From an uncultured candidate division Zixibacteria bacterium (GTDB lineage Bacteria; Zixibacteria; MSB-5A5; UBA10806; 4484-95): 64,000 nt of DNA. Position numbers and translations under genes: made by a program. The notes under the pieces were generated by a model, which did not search any database, was not told where the DNA came from, and saw nothing but the letters and a program-made list of their open reading frames with translations. Shown piece by piece: positions 1 through 9,225 of the stretch. Within the stretch, counting starts at the first letter, position 1; every line of letters begins with the position of its first letter. The stretch lies in NCBI GenBank assembly GCA_963668625.2, contig CAXXKA010000001.1, positions 480,001 to 544,000 of the forward strand, given 5' to 3'.

Positions 1-22
1 GATTGCCACGACGATTTTCGAT

Positions 23-1273
23 ATGATGCTTCCTGAGACGTTCTCTTATAATGAGAATATCATATTAGAAATCACATTCAGCGCCGGCAATTGGAGTCAG
101 GCATTGACAGTCGACTTGTTATCGGGAGGCGCCGATGAGATGTCTTTGGCTACTATATCGAATGGTACCGTTACCATGACTTTCTCGAATTACGGACAAT
201 TCGGACTGGGTGAAAATTCGATTAATCCCTCGGGTGGCGCCGGATTCAGATACCCGGTTGATGGCATAGATTTCATGAAAGAAGCCTCGTTGATGATTTC
301 CTCATATGGCCGCGTCTCCGATGGTGCCCGTGACGAGGATGGAATTCCCGATAATGATTTTAAGCCTGTTTCCGGTGGCGCCGCCAGGATAACCGCACCC
401 GGTATTTACGCCGATTATGATGGTTTCTCGTCCTATACCGATTCTTTGGCCGAAATGCCGATCGGAGTATCGGTAAGCCAGCGATGTTACGCCTGGGATT
501 TGAACGCCAAATTTATCATAGCGGAATTTACAATCACGAATACAACTACCGAGGCTCTGGATGATATCCGGGTTGGTATGTTCTGTGATTGGGACCTGGC
601 GTTAAGTTCAGGAATCGATGATGTAGTAAATTACGATGATGTTCGCTCTCTGGGGTATCTCGAAGATATCACCAGCGGCTGGACAATCGGTGTTAGGGCC
701 ATAACCGATTTCCCGAGCTCTTACAGGGCTATCGATTGTGCCGAGGAGTTGGCCGATGGTTTCTCGAATACCGAAAAGGCCGGTTTCATGAATGACGGAT
801 TCGATACGATCCATTATACGAATCCGGGTGACTATGCTCAATTGCTGACAGTCGGTCCGTATACTCTTAATCCCGGAGAATCCGAAGTGGTGGCTTTCGC
901 TTTCGTTACCGGTGAGTCGCTGAGTGAAATAAGAGTACAAGCCGATCTGGCATTCGATATGTATCCTCAGATGACCGGTGTCGATGACGTATCCGGTGCT
1001 TTGCCCGAATCGGTTAAATTGTATCAAAATTATCCTAATCCATTTAACAATACGACTGTAATCGGGATAGATACAGACAGCCCGACTCAGTTACGGATAT
1101 ATGATATTTTAGGAAAAACAGTTCGAGAATTCGATGTTGAATCATCCGGGCATAACGAGATTGTTTGGGATGGCTGTAATCAATCCGGGCAATCGGTCGT
1201 ATCCGGAGTTTATTTCTACCAACTGATGTCAAATAAAAATTTATCGAAGAAAAAGATGTTGTTTTTGAAATAA
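23..1273 (+). CDS. C-terminal part of a large secreted protein with secretion-system CTD (T9SS type A / FlgD-Ig-like); probably starts upstream of the window
   Basis: Ends LYQNYPNPFN...IYDILGKTV...WDG...SGVYFY...KKMLFLK; no signal peptide at the visible start and the frame is open back to the window edge. Confidence 0.75.
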   Translation: MMLPETFSYNENIILEITFSAGNWSQALTVDLLSGGADEMSLATISNGTVTMTFSNYGQFGLGENSINPSGGAGFRYPVDGIDFMKEASLMISSYGRVSDGARDEDGIPDNDFKPVSGGAARITAPGIYADYDGFSSYTDSLAEMPIGVSVSQRCYAWDLNAKFIIAEFTITNTTTEALDDIRVGMFCDWDLALSSGIDDVVNYDDVRSLGYLEDITSGWTIGVRAITDFPSSYRAIDCAEELADGFSNTEKAGFMNDGFDTIHYTNPGDYAQLLTVGPYTLNPGESEVVAFAFVTGESLSEIRVQADLAFDMYPQMTGVDDVSGALPESVKLYQNYPNPFNNTTVIGIDTDSPTQLRIYDILGKTVREFDVESSGHNEIVWDGCNQSGQSVVSGVYFYQLMSNKNLSKKKMLFLK

Positions 1274-1467
1274 AATGCTTTATCTTTTGTATTTATTGGT
1301 ATCTGGAGTCTCGTGGTATAGAATTAAAAGGTAAAACAAATACAGATAATTCCCGAGTTTAATTCAAAAATAAATGGCAACCAAAATAACACCTTGAAAG
1401 AATGGAGGCGAAGTAGTAGCGACATTTTTAAGAAGTAGTAATTTTTAATTATCCAAGGAGACAGCAA

Positions 1468-3234
1468 ATGAAGAAATTCATCTTTGCATTGACACTAGTT
1501 TCATTTGTATTCAGCTTAGCGATTGCAGCGGATACTAATTTTTCGAAAAACTCATACAAAGAGCATAAAGTAAAAGAAGCAAGCTCAGTAGATAAAGTCA
1601 ATATCCCGGATCATAATATGATCCTTCAGGGTGGCGACACCGTTAATGATGCTACAGTCATTAACGATGTAGACTTCACCGATTCAGGTACTACAGAAGG
1701 CTATACCGACGATTACGATGAACAGTGTACCTATGCTTCAGAATCACCGGATGTTGTGTATTCGTTCACTCCTGCCGAGGATATGAGTGTCACTCTCGAC
1801 CTTTATGGTTCTGGTTACGACACCAAAATCTTCGTTTACGAAAACTCCGTTACCCCTGGCGAGCCTTTTGCCTGTAACGACGATTACTGGGATGACTACA
1901 CTTCATACCTTCGCAATCTGGATATTACCGGCGGCAATACCTATTTCATCATAATTGATGGGTACGATGACGAATTTGGTAATTATGTTTTCACTATGGA
2001 ACCCGGCGATACCACTACCATTGCAGGCAATACATGTGATGACGCTATCGAAATCGCTTCGCTTCCTTACACCACAACCGGTAACTCCTGTGGTGACTTT
2101 ACCGATGAGTGCATAATCACTGATGCGCAGAGCAGCGATGTTATTTACGAATTGACTTTAGATTCGGGTTATTACCTCACCGCTTCTTTGATTGGTTCCT
2201 CCTACGATACCAAAATTGCCGTGTTTCAGGATGAGTGCTGCACGGGCGCCGGTACCGAATACCTTTATAACGATGACTTCGGTGATGACTTACAGTCACA
2301 GGTTACGGCTGCATTCCCGGCCGGTACGTACTACATCGTTGTTGACGGTTATAATGGTGCATGTGGCGATTATGCTTTAAACGTTTTTGAAGCTGATCCT
2401 CCGGCCGATGCGTCTTGCGAACAAAGTTACATTGGCCCCGATGGTGACTGGGCGTTCCAGAGAAGTGATTCCGAAGATGGTCCGTTCATCGTTTATGACG
2501 ATTTCCTTTGCGAGGACGAAACTGAGATGTGTGGCGTGAGATTCTGGGGACTCGATTTGACCTATAATGGTGGTTTTTTAGAGTGCGACGAGAATCCTAC
2601 TACCATGGAAATCAAGATTTATCCCGATAACGGCTCCTATGCGCCTGATGTTGATAATCCGATTAACACATACACCGTCGTTCCTGAAATGACTAACACC
2701 GGTGTATACTACAATAGCTCATACGAATTGATTGAGTACTATGCCGAGTTCGATTCATGCTGCCAGGTAAATGGTGGCTGGATATCGATTGAAGGCGTTG
2801 CGGATGATGGTAACCTCTGTTTCTTCATGTGGAGCTCTTCACTTGACGGCAACGGTTTAGCTTACCAATTGGACGAAGGTGTAATGGGCTTCCTCGATAA
2901 GGATCTCTCCCTGGAAATGATCGGCTCTGACGTCGATATCGATGACAATTCCGCCTCTCTGCCGATAGCCGTTGACATGATGACCAACTATCCTAACCCG
3001 TTCAATCCGACTACGACTATCGCTTTCACTCTGCAGAATCCGGGTAACGTGGCTATTGACGTTTATGACCTCCTGGGTCGTCGCGTTGATACTATCAAAA
3101 TGGGCCATCTGGATAACACTCAGGTTCACAGTGTTGATTATGACGCCAGCCGTTTGGCTACCGGCGTTTATTTCTACAACCTGATGGTTGATGGCGTACA
3201 GAAAGCTTCCGAAAGGTTCAGCTTGCTCAAATAA
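1468..3234 (+). CDS. Secreted acidic, Cys-containing protein with two tandem PPC-like beta-sandwich repeats and secretion CTD
   Basis: Signal peptide MKKFIFALTLVSFVFSLAIA; repeated DV(V/I)Y...GS.YDTKI.V...NDD...Y(F/Y)I(I/V)(I/V)DGY; terminal NYPNPFN...TGVYFY; AAGGAG RBS upstream. Confidence 0.8.
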   Translation: MKKFIFALTLVSFVFSLAIAADTNFSKNSYKEHKVKEASSVDKVNIPDHNMILQGGDTVNDATVINDVDFTDSGTTEGYTDDYDEQCTYASESPDVVYSFTPAEDMSVTLDLYGSGYDTKIFVYENSVTPGEPFACNDDYWDDYTSYLRNLDITGGNTYFIIIDGYDDEFGNYVFTMEPGDTTTIAGNTCDDAIEIASLPYTTTGNSCGDFTDECIITDAQSSDVIYELTLDSGYYLTASLIGSSYDTKIAVFQDECCTGAGTEYLYNDDFGDDLQSQVTAAFPAGTYYIVVDGYNGACGDYALNVFEADPPADASCEQSYIGPDGDWAFQRSDSEDGPFIVYDDFLCEDETEMCGVRFWGLDLTYNGGFLECDENPTTMEIKIYPDNGSYAPDVDNPINTYTVVPEMTNTGVYYNSSYELIEYYAEFDSCCQVNGGWISIEGVADDGNLCFFMWSSSLDGNGLAYQLDEGVMGFLDKDLSLEMIGSDVDIDDNSASLPIAVDMMTNYPNPFNPTTTIAFTLQNPGNVAIDVYDLLGRRVDTIKMGHLDNTQVHSVDYDASRLATGVYFYNLMVDGVQKASERFSLLK

Positions 3235-3265
3235 TTTAGTTTTCATTGTTTGAAGCTAATAAATG

Positions 3266-3295
3266 AAGCGGCGCTTGTGAAAGCGCCGCTTTTTT
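3266..3295 (+). terminator. Rho-independent terminator
   Basis: AAGCGGCGCTT-gtga-AAGCGCCGCTT followed by a T run, just after the stop at 3234. Confidence 0.8.
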
Positions 3296-3499
3296 ATTGA
3301 TCCTAAAAACCACCGGTTTATCCGGTGTGTACGTTTAAAGCGAAGCGTTTGTAAAAAGGAGGCAGGTTATCAGTAGCAACGATTGATGTTCGCAATAGCA
3401 GCACTATCGTATATCTGTCATTTAAACACCGGGCACTAGAGAAAAAATATTTAAATTACTTTTCTCTTTACATAACATTTTTCATTATCTAATTTATTT

Positions 3500-3754
3500 C
3501 ACTACTGTCCGGTCTTTTCATCTCGTTGCGAAGCGCTGCTTCGCAACGTGGCTTGTTTGCCGGCAGAATGCGCATTCTACATGATTCAAGAAGGTTTCCA
3601 AGCAGCGCTTGGAAACCAGAAAACCAAGCCTAACATCGGCAGGATATGTCAGGATGAATGATACGCTGAATAAAATAATTATATCGGAAAATATTTCTCA
3701 TTAACAATTCCAAGGAGAAATTTAAAATTTAACGAAAAACACCGGACACTAGTG
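3500..3754 (+). mobile_element. 255-bp MITE copy 1 (subfamily A)
   Basis: Ends CACTACTGTCCGG...CCGGACACTAGTG; 9-bp direct repeat AATTTATTT at 3491-3499 and 3755-3763. Confidence 0.95.
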
Positions 3755-3793
3755 AATTTATTTATTAGAGAACTGCATTGTAAAGGAGGCAGC

Positions 3794-5491
3794 ATGAATT
3801 CCCTTCTTTTTGTATTAGTATCAATCGCCTGGCTGGTATTCGCATATATCGTTTACGGCAGATTTATACAGCGTCGCCTGGTTAACCCGGATGACGAACA
3901 CGCAACTCCGGCTCATAGCCATTATGATGGCGTAGATTATTCGCCGGCGAAAACCTCGATGCTGTTCGGACATCACTTCTCCTCGATAGCCGGGGCAGGT
4001 CCGATAGTCGGACCGCTTATCGGCGTGTTGTATTTCGGATGGTTGATCTCGGCGCTATGGATCGCTATCGGCTCGGTTTTCATCGGTGCCGTACACGATT
4101 ATCTGGCGCTGATGATATCTGTCAGGAGCAAAGGCAAATCGATCAGTCTGACAGCCGAGGAAACTCTGGGCAAAGTATCCAAAGGCGTGTTCGCTACGTT
4201 CCTGTGGTTGACACTGGTGCTGGTAGTGGCGGTTTTCGCCGTGGTAGCCTCCCAGACATTTATTGCCAGGCCGGGAATCGTTATCCCGACATTTGGTCTG
4301 ATACTGGTGGCCATGTTGTTTGGCTACACCGTCTATCGCTTGAAATGGCATCTCGTGATAGGAACTATTCTGTCACTGGCGCTGGTTGGAGTGCTACTCT
4401 ATATGGGCGAGGCATTCCCAATCGTGCTCCCCGATATAGTGTTGGGATTTAAAGCATCGATAGTCTGGTTCTGGATACTGATGGCGTACTGCCTGATAGC
4501 CTCAACCATTCCGGTGTGGATTCTTCTGCAGCCGCGTGATTATATTTCCTCATGGCTTTTGTATATCGGTATGGCGCTGGGGCTGGCAGGTTTGATCGTA
4601 GCCCACCCTCACATGCACAGTCCGGCGTTCGTCTCGTTTGATTCCGCTAAAGGCCCGCTCTGGCCGATGCTGTTCGTGCTGATAGCCTGTGGCGCGGTCT
4701 CTGGATTTCATTCGCTGGTATCGGGGGGGACATCCTCCAAACAACTCGATAAGGAATCACTGGGATTGCGTGTCGGTTACGGCGCGATGCTTACCGAGGC
4801 GGCGTTGGCGGTGCTGGTAATCGCGATTGCCTCGGCGGTGCTGGTGTGGGATCCCTCCGGCAAGAATACGCAGCTTGGCTATCAATACCTGATGGGAGCG
4901 GGCGGCGGACCTATCGTTGCATTCTCGACGGGATTCGGATACCTGGTGGCGAGCTTGCCGGGTTTTACGATCGTGGCGGGGATGTATATCGGTATGCTGA
5001 TGTTAAACGCGTTCGTCATCACCACGCTCGATACAGCGACCCGTCTGGGGCGTTTTATACTAACCGAATCGTTAGGGGAGAAGGTAAAGCCGATTGGCAA
5101 TCGCTACGTGGCCACGATAATCACTGTAATTGCCGCGGCATTGTTTGGCGCTACCGGCGGTTACAGCACGATCTGGCCGGTGTTCGGTGCGGCCAATCAG
5201 TTGGTGGCGGCGCTGGCGTTGATCGTGATCTCGGCGTATCTGGTGGGTATCAAAAAGCCGCGCGTATACACGGTGATACCGGCGATATTCATGACTGTGA
5301 CGACCGTGGGCGCGCTGATATATCAGCTTATAGGATTTATCAACACCGGTAAGGTATTTCTGGCTATTGTCTCGATCGTTTTAGTAATCCTGGCGTTGTT
5401 TATGGTGTGGGAGGCCAGGGGAGTTCTTCTGTGGATGAATAACTATCGAGAGAATGAGAAAGTTTATCGGGCTAAAATGGCTGAGAAATAG
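3794..5491 (+). CDS. cstA: Carbon starvation protein A family peptide/pyruvate transporter
   Basis: FGHHFSSIAGAGPIVGP, LLQPRDY, IACGAVSGFHSL and DTATRLGRF motifs; ATG at 3794 follows AAAGGAGG (the ORF-track start at 3752 lies inside the MITE end). Confidence 0.92.
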   Translation: MNSLLFVLVSIAWLVFAYIVYGRFIQRRLVNPDDEHATPAHSHYDGVDYSPAKTSMLFGHHFSSIAGAGPIVGPLIGVLYFGWLISALWIAIGSVFIGAVHDYLALMISVRSKGKSISLTAEETLGKVSKGVFATFLWLTLVLVVAVFAVVASQTFIARPGIVIPTFGLILVAMLFGYTVYRLKWHLVIGTILSLALVGVLLYMGEAFPIVLPDIVLGFKASIVWFWILMAYCLIASTIPVWILLQPRDYISSWLLYIGMALGLAGLIVAHPHMHSPAFVSFDSAKGPLWPMLFVLIACGAVSGFHSLVSGGTSSKQLDKESLGLRVGYGAMLTEAALAVLVIAIASAVLVWDPSGKNTQLGYQYLMGAGGGPIVAFSTGFGYLVASLPGFTIVAGMYIGMLMLNAFVITTLDTATRLGRFILTESLGEKVKPIGNRYVATIITVIAAALFGATGGYSTIWPVFGAANQLVAALALIVISAYLVGIKKPRVYTVIPAIFMTVTTVGALIYQLIGFINTGKVFLAIVSIVLVILALFMVWEARGVLLWMNNYRENEKVYRAKMAEK

Positions 5492-5588
5492 TTTGTTCGG
5501 TTTTATCAATAAAACTAAGAGTCAACGATAAATTTGTTTTGGTGAATAAGTTTAATTATCAATTGTATTTGCTAAGGGGATTACAAAC

Positions 5589-6590
5589 TTGGTTTTGCGT
5601 GGAAAAGGTAGAACTTTAACTCCGGATGAAGCTGCTATAATAATTAAAGTATTTCCGAAAGATATTATAGAATTGATTGAAAATGGGAAAATACCAGCTT
5701 CAAAAAATGATAAAGGTGAATATACTATTACACAAAAGGATCTCTATCAATTCGCTTGGAAGATGCCTGAAGGACTCAGGATTAAAATGGGGGAATACCT
5801 TTTTTCTAATATGAAAGCTGTATTGCCAGGAGTGCAACGTGAAGTTAACAAGAGGTTTAAGCAAAGTGCAGATATTACATTAGATAGAGCAGAAATAGCT
5901 GTGCAATTATTAGAAAAACTCCATAAAAAATATGAAAAGACAATGGATATATTAAAGACTAAAAACGGAGAGGTCGCTGCTTTTATAGTATATGCTAGAG
6001 TTATCAGTTTACTTTATTCAATAATTAATCTTCTAAGAAGCAGTGTTGCGGCAGAGTCTATGATTCTATATAGACCTCTTTGGGAGGCAATTCTACTAGT
6101 TCAGTATTTTACTATTTCTATGCACAATAATGAAAACGAAGGCGTAATCAAAAGATGGTTCTATAAAAATGATTCGCCAGGTGCAGCTATAGTCAGAAAG
6201 TACCTAGCAGATAAAATGAATAAGCCAGTTAAAAATATGCAAGAAGTACATCATGAGTTTTCAAAACCTGTACATCATTCGTATAATGCAATTATGCAAT
6301 CTTATAAAGCTTATCAGATGTCCGGTTTTTTAGGTGATCACTGTGAGAAATTTGGCTTTGATTACAGAAAATCTTCTTTAATGAGGGATATCGTTTCGCT
6401 TTTATTTTCTTTTGAACCACTTTTGCTTAATGCATTAGGAACATTTAGATTTTCATTTTTAAAATTATTAACATCACATAATGAAGATTTAATTTCTATT
6501 GATAATGAAATTAATTTTTATAAGATGGATTTTGAACAGCGATTTGATACGATTTTAAAAGAAAGGAAATTTAATAAAGATAGTCAATAG
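5589..6590 (+). CDS. AT-rich protein: N-terminal excisionase-like HTH plus helical DUF5677/HEPN-like domain
   Basis: LTPDEAA...IENGKIPASK...YTITQKDL resembles HTH_17; LYRPLWEA and HEFSKPVHHS resemble the DUF5677-like pattern; much lower GC than flanking genes. Confidence 0.5.
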   Translation: MVLRGKGRTLTPDEAAIIIKVFPKDIIELIENGKIPASKNDKGEYTITQKDLYQFAWKMPEGLRIKMGEYLFSNMKAVLPGVQREVNKRFKQSADITLDRAEIAVQLLEKLHKKYEKTMDILKTKNGEVAAFIVYARVISLLYSIINLLRSSVAAESMILYRPLWEAILLVQYFTISMHNNENEGVIKRWFYKNDSPGAAIVRKYLADKMNKPVKNMQEVHHEFSKPVHHSYNAIMQSYKAYQMSGFLGDHCEKFGFDYRKSSLMRDIVSLLFSFEPLLLNALGTFRFSFLKLLTSHNEDLISIDNEINFYKMDFEQRFDTILKERKFNKDSQ

Positions 6591-6653
6591 AACTAAACTC
6601 TGAGATTTTATTTCTTCAATAATTATCAATTAAATCCCTCTAACCTATTAAAA

Positions 6654-7199
6654 TCAAAATAGCGATTTCACCCCAATCCCAATCAATATAATCCCCCCAA
6701 GTATTATCGCGCGATGTTTTAGTTTATCATATAATTTCACACCGAGGTATAATCCCGCTGCTGTCATGGCCGCGCAGATTACTCCTATCATCGTGGCAGG
6801 TTTCAGTATCTCGTAATTTAAAAGGCCGAATCCGAAACCTATAGCTAAGGCATCAATACTGGTGCCAATCGACATCGAGATCAAGCTCCAGCCACGGGAT
6901 AAATCGGGGATATTCTCCGGCGCGCTTTTGAGTCCCTCGTACAGCATCTTACCGCCAATTATCAGAAGCATACCGAACACGATCCAGCCGCCGTAGGTAC
7001 TTAGCCACCTGGCGAGAACCTCACCGACACTCCAGCCGATAATCGGCATGGCAAACTGGAACAGCCCGAAATGCCAGCTCAGACGGAAAACACGACGGGG
7101 ATCGAAACCATGAGCGCCGGAGGCTAATGCCACACTGAAAGCATCAAAGCCTAGCGCGATACTTATAAGTACTATTTCGATGAGTGGCGGAGAACTCAT
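6654..7199 (-). CDS. mntP: Manganese efflux pump MntP family
   Basis: ALGFDAFSVA, FGLFQFAMP and TSIDALAIG motifs; about six TM helices. Confidence 0.88.
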   Translation of the reverse strand: MSSPPLIEIVLISIALGFDAFSVALASGAHGFDPRRVFRLSWHFGLFQFAMPIIGWSVGEVLARWLSTYGGWIVFGMLLIIGGKMLYEGLKSAPENIPDLSRGWSLISMSIGTSIDALAIGFGFGLLNYEILKPATMIGVICAAMTAAGLYLGVKLYDKLKHRAIILGGIILIGIGVKSLF

Positions 7200-7984
7200 T
7201 TAGGTTCGAGTCCGGGAGGGTAGTAAATATATTTAAACGTAGCCTCAATCGAGGGCGCGCTGCCTTTGATTGAAATCAGTGTCAATTTCGCGTGGCCGCC
7301 ATCGATAGTATTAACGATATAGGATTTCCCTTTTTGAAGAGGCTGAGTTTGATCGTATGGACCATCACCTAACATGATTTTAGAATCGCGCAGGCTGGAG
7401 TGTAGCCGGGCAGGGCTTGAGATGCCCGATTTTACTTTAGTCGCGAAAATATAAATATCGTTTTCGAAATCGCGGGCTTTGGTATATTTCTCCTTCGCGA
7501 AATTAAAACCGCTACGGTCGGTGGTGTAGTTCTGCGAAATCGTCATCTCACCCTGTGCCAGCGGTAAAAAAGAAACCGTAGAACTGGGTGCAGTCAAGCT
7601 GCCATCACTGAGCACCGTGCGAAGATAAGCGTAGTAGCGTTTACCGTTTTCCAGGCGGGGTAAGGGGAAAGTCTCTTTGGTGTAATCGCCGTCAGTATCG
7701 CCGGGGTAGGGCGCACTGTTGAATAGTTCGCCCTCCGAGTCGGGAGAGTCGGCCAGGTAAATATTATAACCGCTAACCTTCGTGGGATCGGTCAGCTTGA
7801 TTTGCCAGGATAAAGTTGCCGACTCCGATAGGGCTATCGCTTTTAAGGCATAAGGAGTATTAGGTTTTACCGGGGTAGTACCCGGAGAGGGTGACGGGCC
7901 GCAACCGGCGATTAAAAATATGCAAATGATTATGGTGGTTATCGGTAGTAATTTCAAGAATCGTGCTACAGCAATAGTATTCAT
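7196..7984 (-). CDS. Lipoprotein with fibronectin type III domain
   Basis: Lipobox LIAGC; ATLSW...GYNIY...LENGKRYY FN3 pattern. Confidence 0.7.
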   Translation of the reverse strand: MNTIAVARFLKLLPITTIIICIFLIAGCGPSPSPGTTPVKPNTPYALKAIALSESATLSWQIKLTDPTKVSGYNIYLADSPDSEGELFNSAPYPGDTDGDYTKETFPLPRLENGKRYYAYLRTVLSDGSLTAPSSTVSFLPLAQGEMTISQNYTTDRSGFNFAKEKYTKARDFENDIYIFATKVKSGISSPARLHSSLRDSKIMLGDGPYDQTQPLQKGKSYIVNTIDGGHAKLTLISIKGSAPSIEATFKYIYYPPGLEPK

Positions 7985-8031
7985 GTCTCTCCCGTATTAA
8001 TGATGGCGATTATTGGCCGGGTTTTCTCAGC

Positions 8032-8754
8032 TTAATAAACCCCTTTCATAATGCCAATCTGGAATGAGGTTGTCGATAAATCCATGTCGTAATGATCATC
8101 GCTAGCCGGCTGATTAACCTGGCTTACCGGCATATTGGCCTTGCCGAACGTCCAATCCGCGCGAGCGGTAATCCACCATTTCGGCATGATACGGTATTCG
8201 AGACCGGCCGCGAAATTGCCGGCAACCGCAGTTTTGGTATGACGAATCGTGTAACCGATACGATGATCGAAACGGAGCGGGAAAACGGTTGCTCCTGCGG
8301 CTACGAAAGGTATCAGCGGTTGATTGCCGCTAAACTGGAAAATAACCGGTATGGAGAAACTGATAGCTCCAATAGTTAAATCCATCTCGATAGGGATGGG
8401 CGGCTCGCCGCTGACACTGAAATTCTGGTTTCTGGTTTTAGAGGATGTAAGGAAATCAACCTCAAAAGCGAAATAGCGGGAAAACCTGGAGCGTAAGCCA
8501 AGAGACAGACAAAAACTACCGCCGAAATCATCCATCGTTTCGGTGGAGCCGAACTCATCGGCATAAGCCTGATTGGCCCAGTCTACGTAATCATCAAAGG
8601 ATGGCCCATTGAGCCAGCCTATCGCCAGGAAAAACGAGCTTTTCTCATAGTGAAAAGATTCACCGTAAATGCTGCCTTGTTGAGCCATAGTCCGGGTCGA
8701 TAAAACAAAAAGCAGTGCGATAACTGCGACAGAGATTTTTAGTGTGTTTTTCAT
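8032..8754 (-). CDS. Outer-membrane beta-barrel protein (OmpW/OmpA-like)
   Basis: Signal peptide; amphipathic strands (IPFVAAGA, FAAGLEYRI, SFQIGI). Confidence 0.65.
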   Translation of the reverse strand: MKNTLKISVAVIALLFVLSTRTMAQQGSIYGESFHYEKSSFFLAIGWLNGPSFDDYVDWANQAYADEFGSTETMDDFGGSFCLSLGLRSRFSRYFAFEVDFLTSSKTRNQNFSVSGEPPIPIEMDLTIGAISFSIPVIFQFSGNQPLIPFVAAGATVFPLRFDHRIGYTIRHTKTAVAGNFAAGLEYRIMPKWWITARADWTFGKANMPVSQVNQPASDDHYDMDLSTTSFQIGIMKGVY

Positions 8755-9026
8755 AATTCTTAATATCTGCCAGTTTTAGGGTTAATGTCAACATAAATCA
8801 TTTTTCTGTGGCGGCTTTATGACAAAATCCGTAAATGGATTGTATTGTCTTTAAGTATATAAACGCTATTAACGAAAAAATGTTCCGTTTTTTCATCGTT
8901 CGTTAAAAACGTCTTGACGATACACATAAAATCCATATATTGCATCCTTGTAATCTTTGACACCTTAACTGGTTTGAAGGTTTACCGATAAGATAAATAT
9001 CCGTATCCAGATACGGACTTGCCTAA

Positions 9027-9099
<73 letters not shown>

Positions 9100-9225
9100 T
9101 TTTTTAAGCCGCTACAATATTATTGACAATTATATCATCATGTACTATTTATAATTAAGGTTTGTACCTCTTGTTAAGCCGAAGCCTTAATTCGGGTATT
9201 TAATATCTTAAGAAGGGAAGAGTTT

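Noticed and set aside
3500-3754. MITE hairpins as a CRISPR array or integron attC sites
   Set aside because: No repeat-spacer periodicity, no cas or intI gene; TIRs plus 9-bp TSDs indicate transposition
3752-3793. N-terminal extension of CstA in the ORF track
   Set aside because: The GTG comes from the MITE terminus; a strong RBS precedes ATG 3794
7196-7260. yybP-ykoY Mn riboswitch upstream of mntP
   Set aside because: mntP overlaps the upstream lipoprotein stop codon; no leader region or motif is visible
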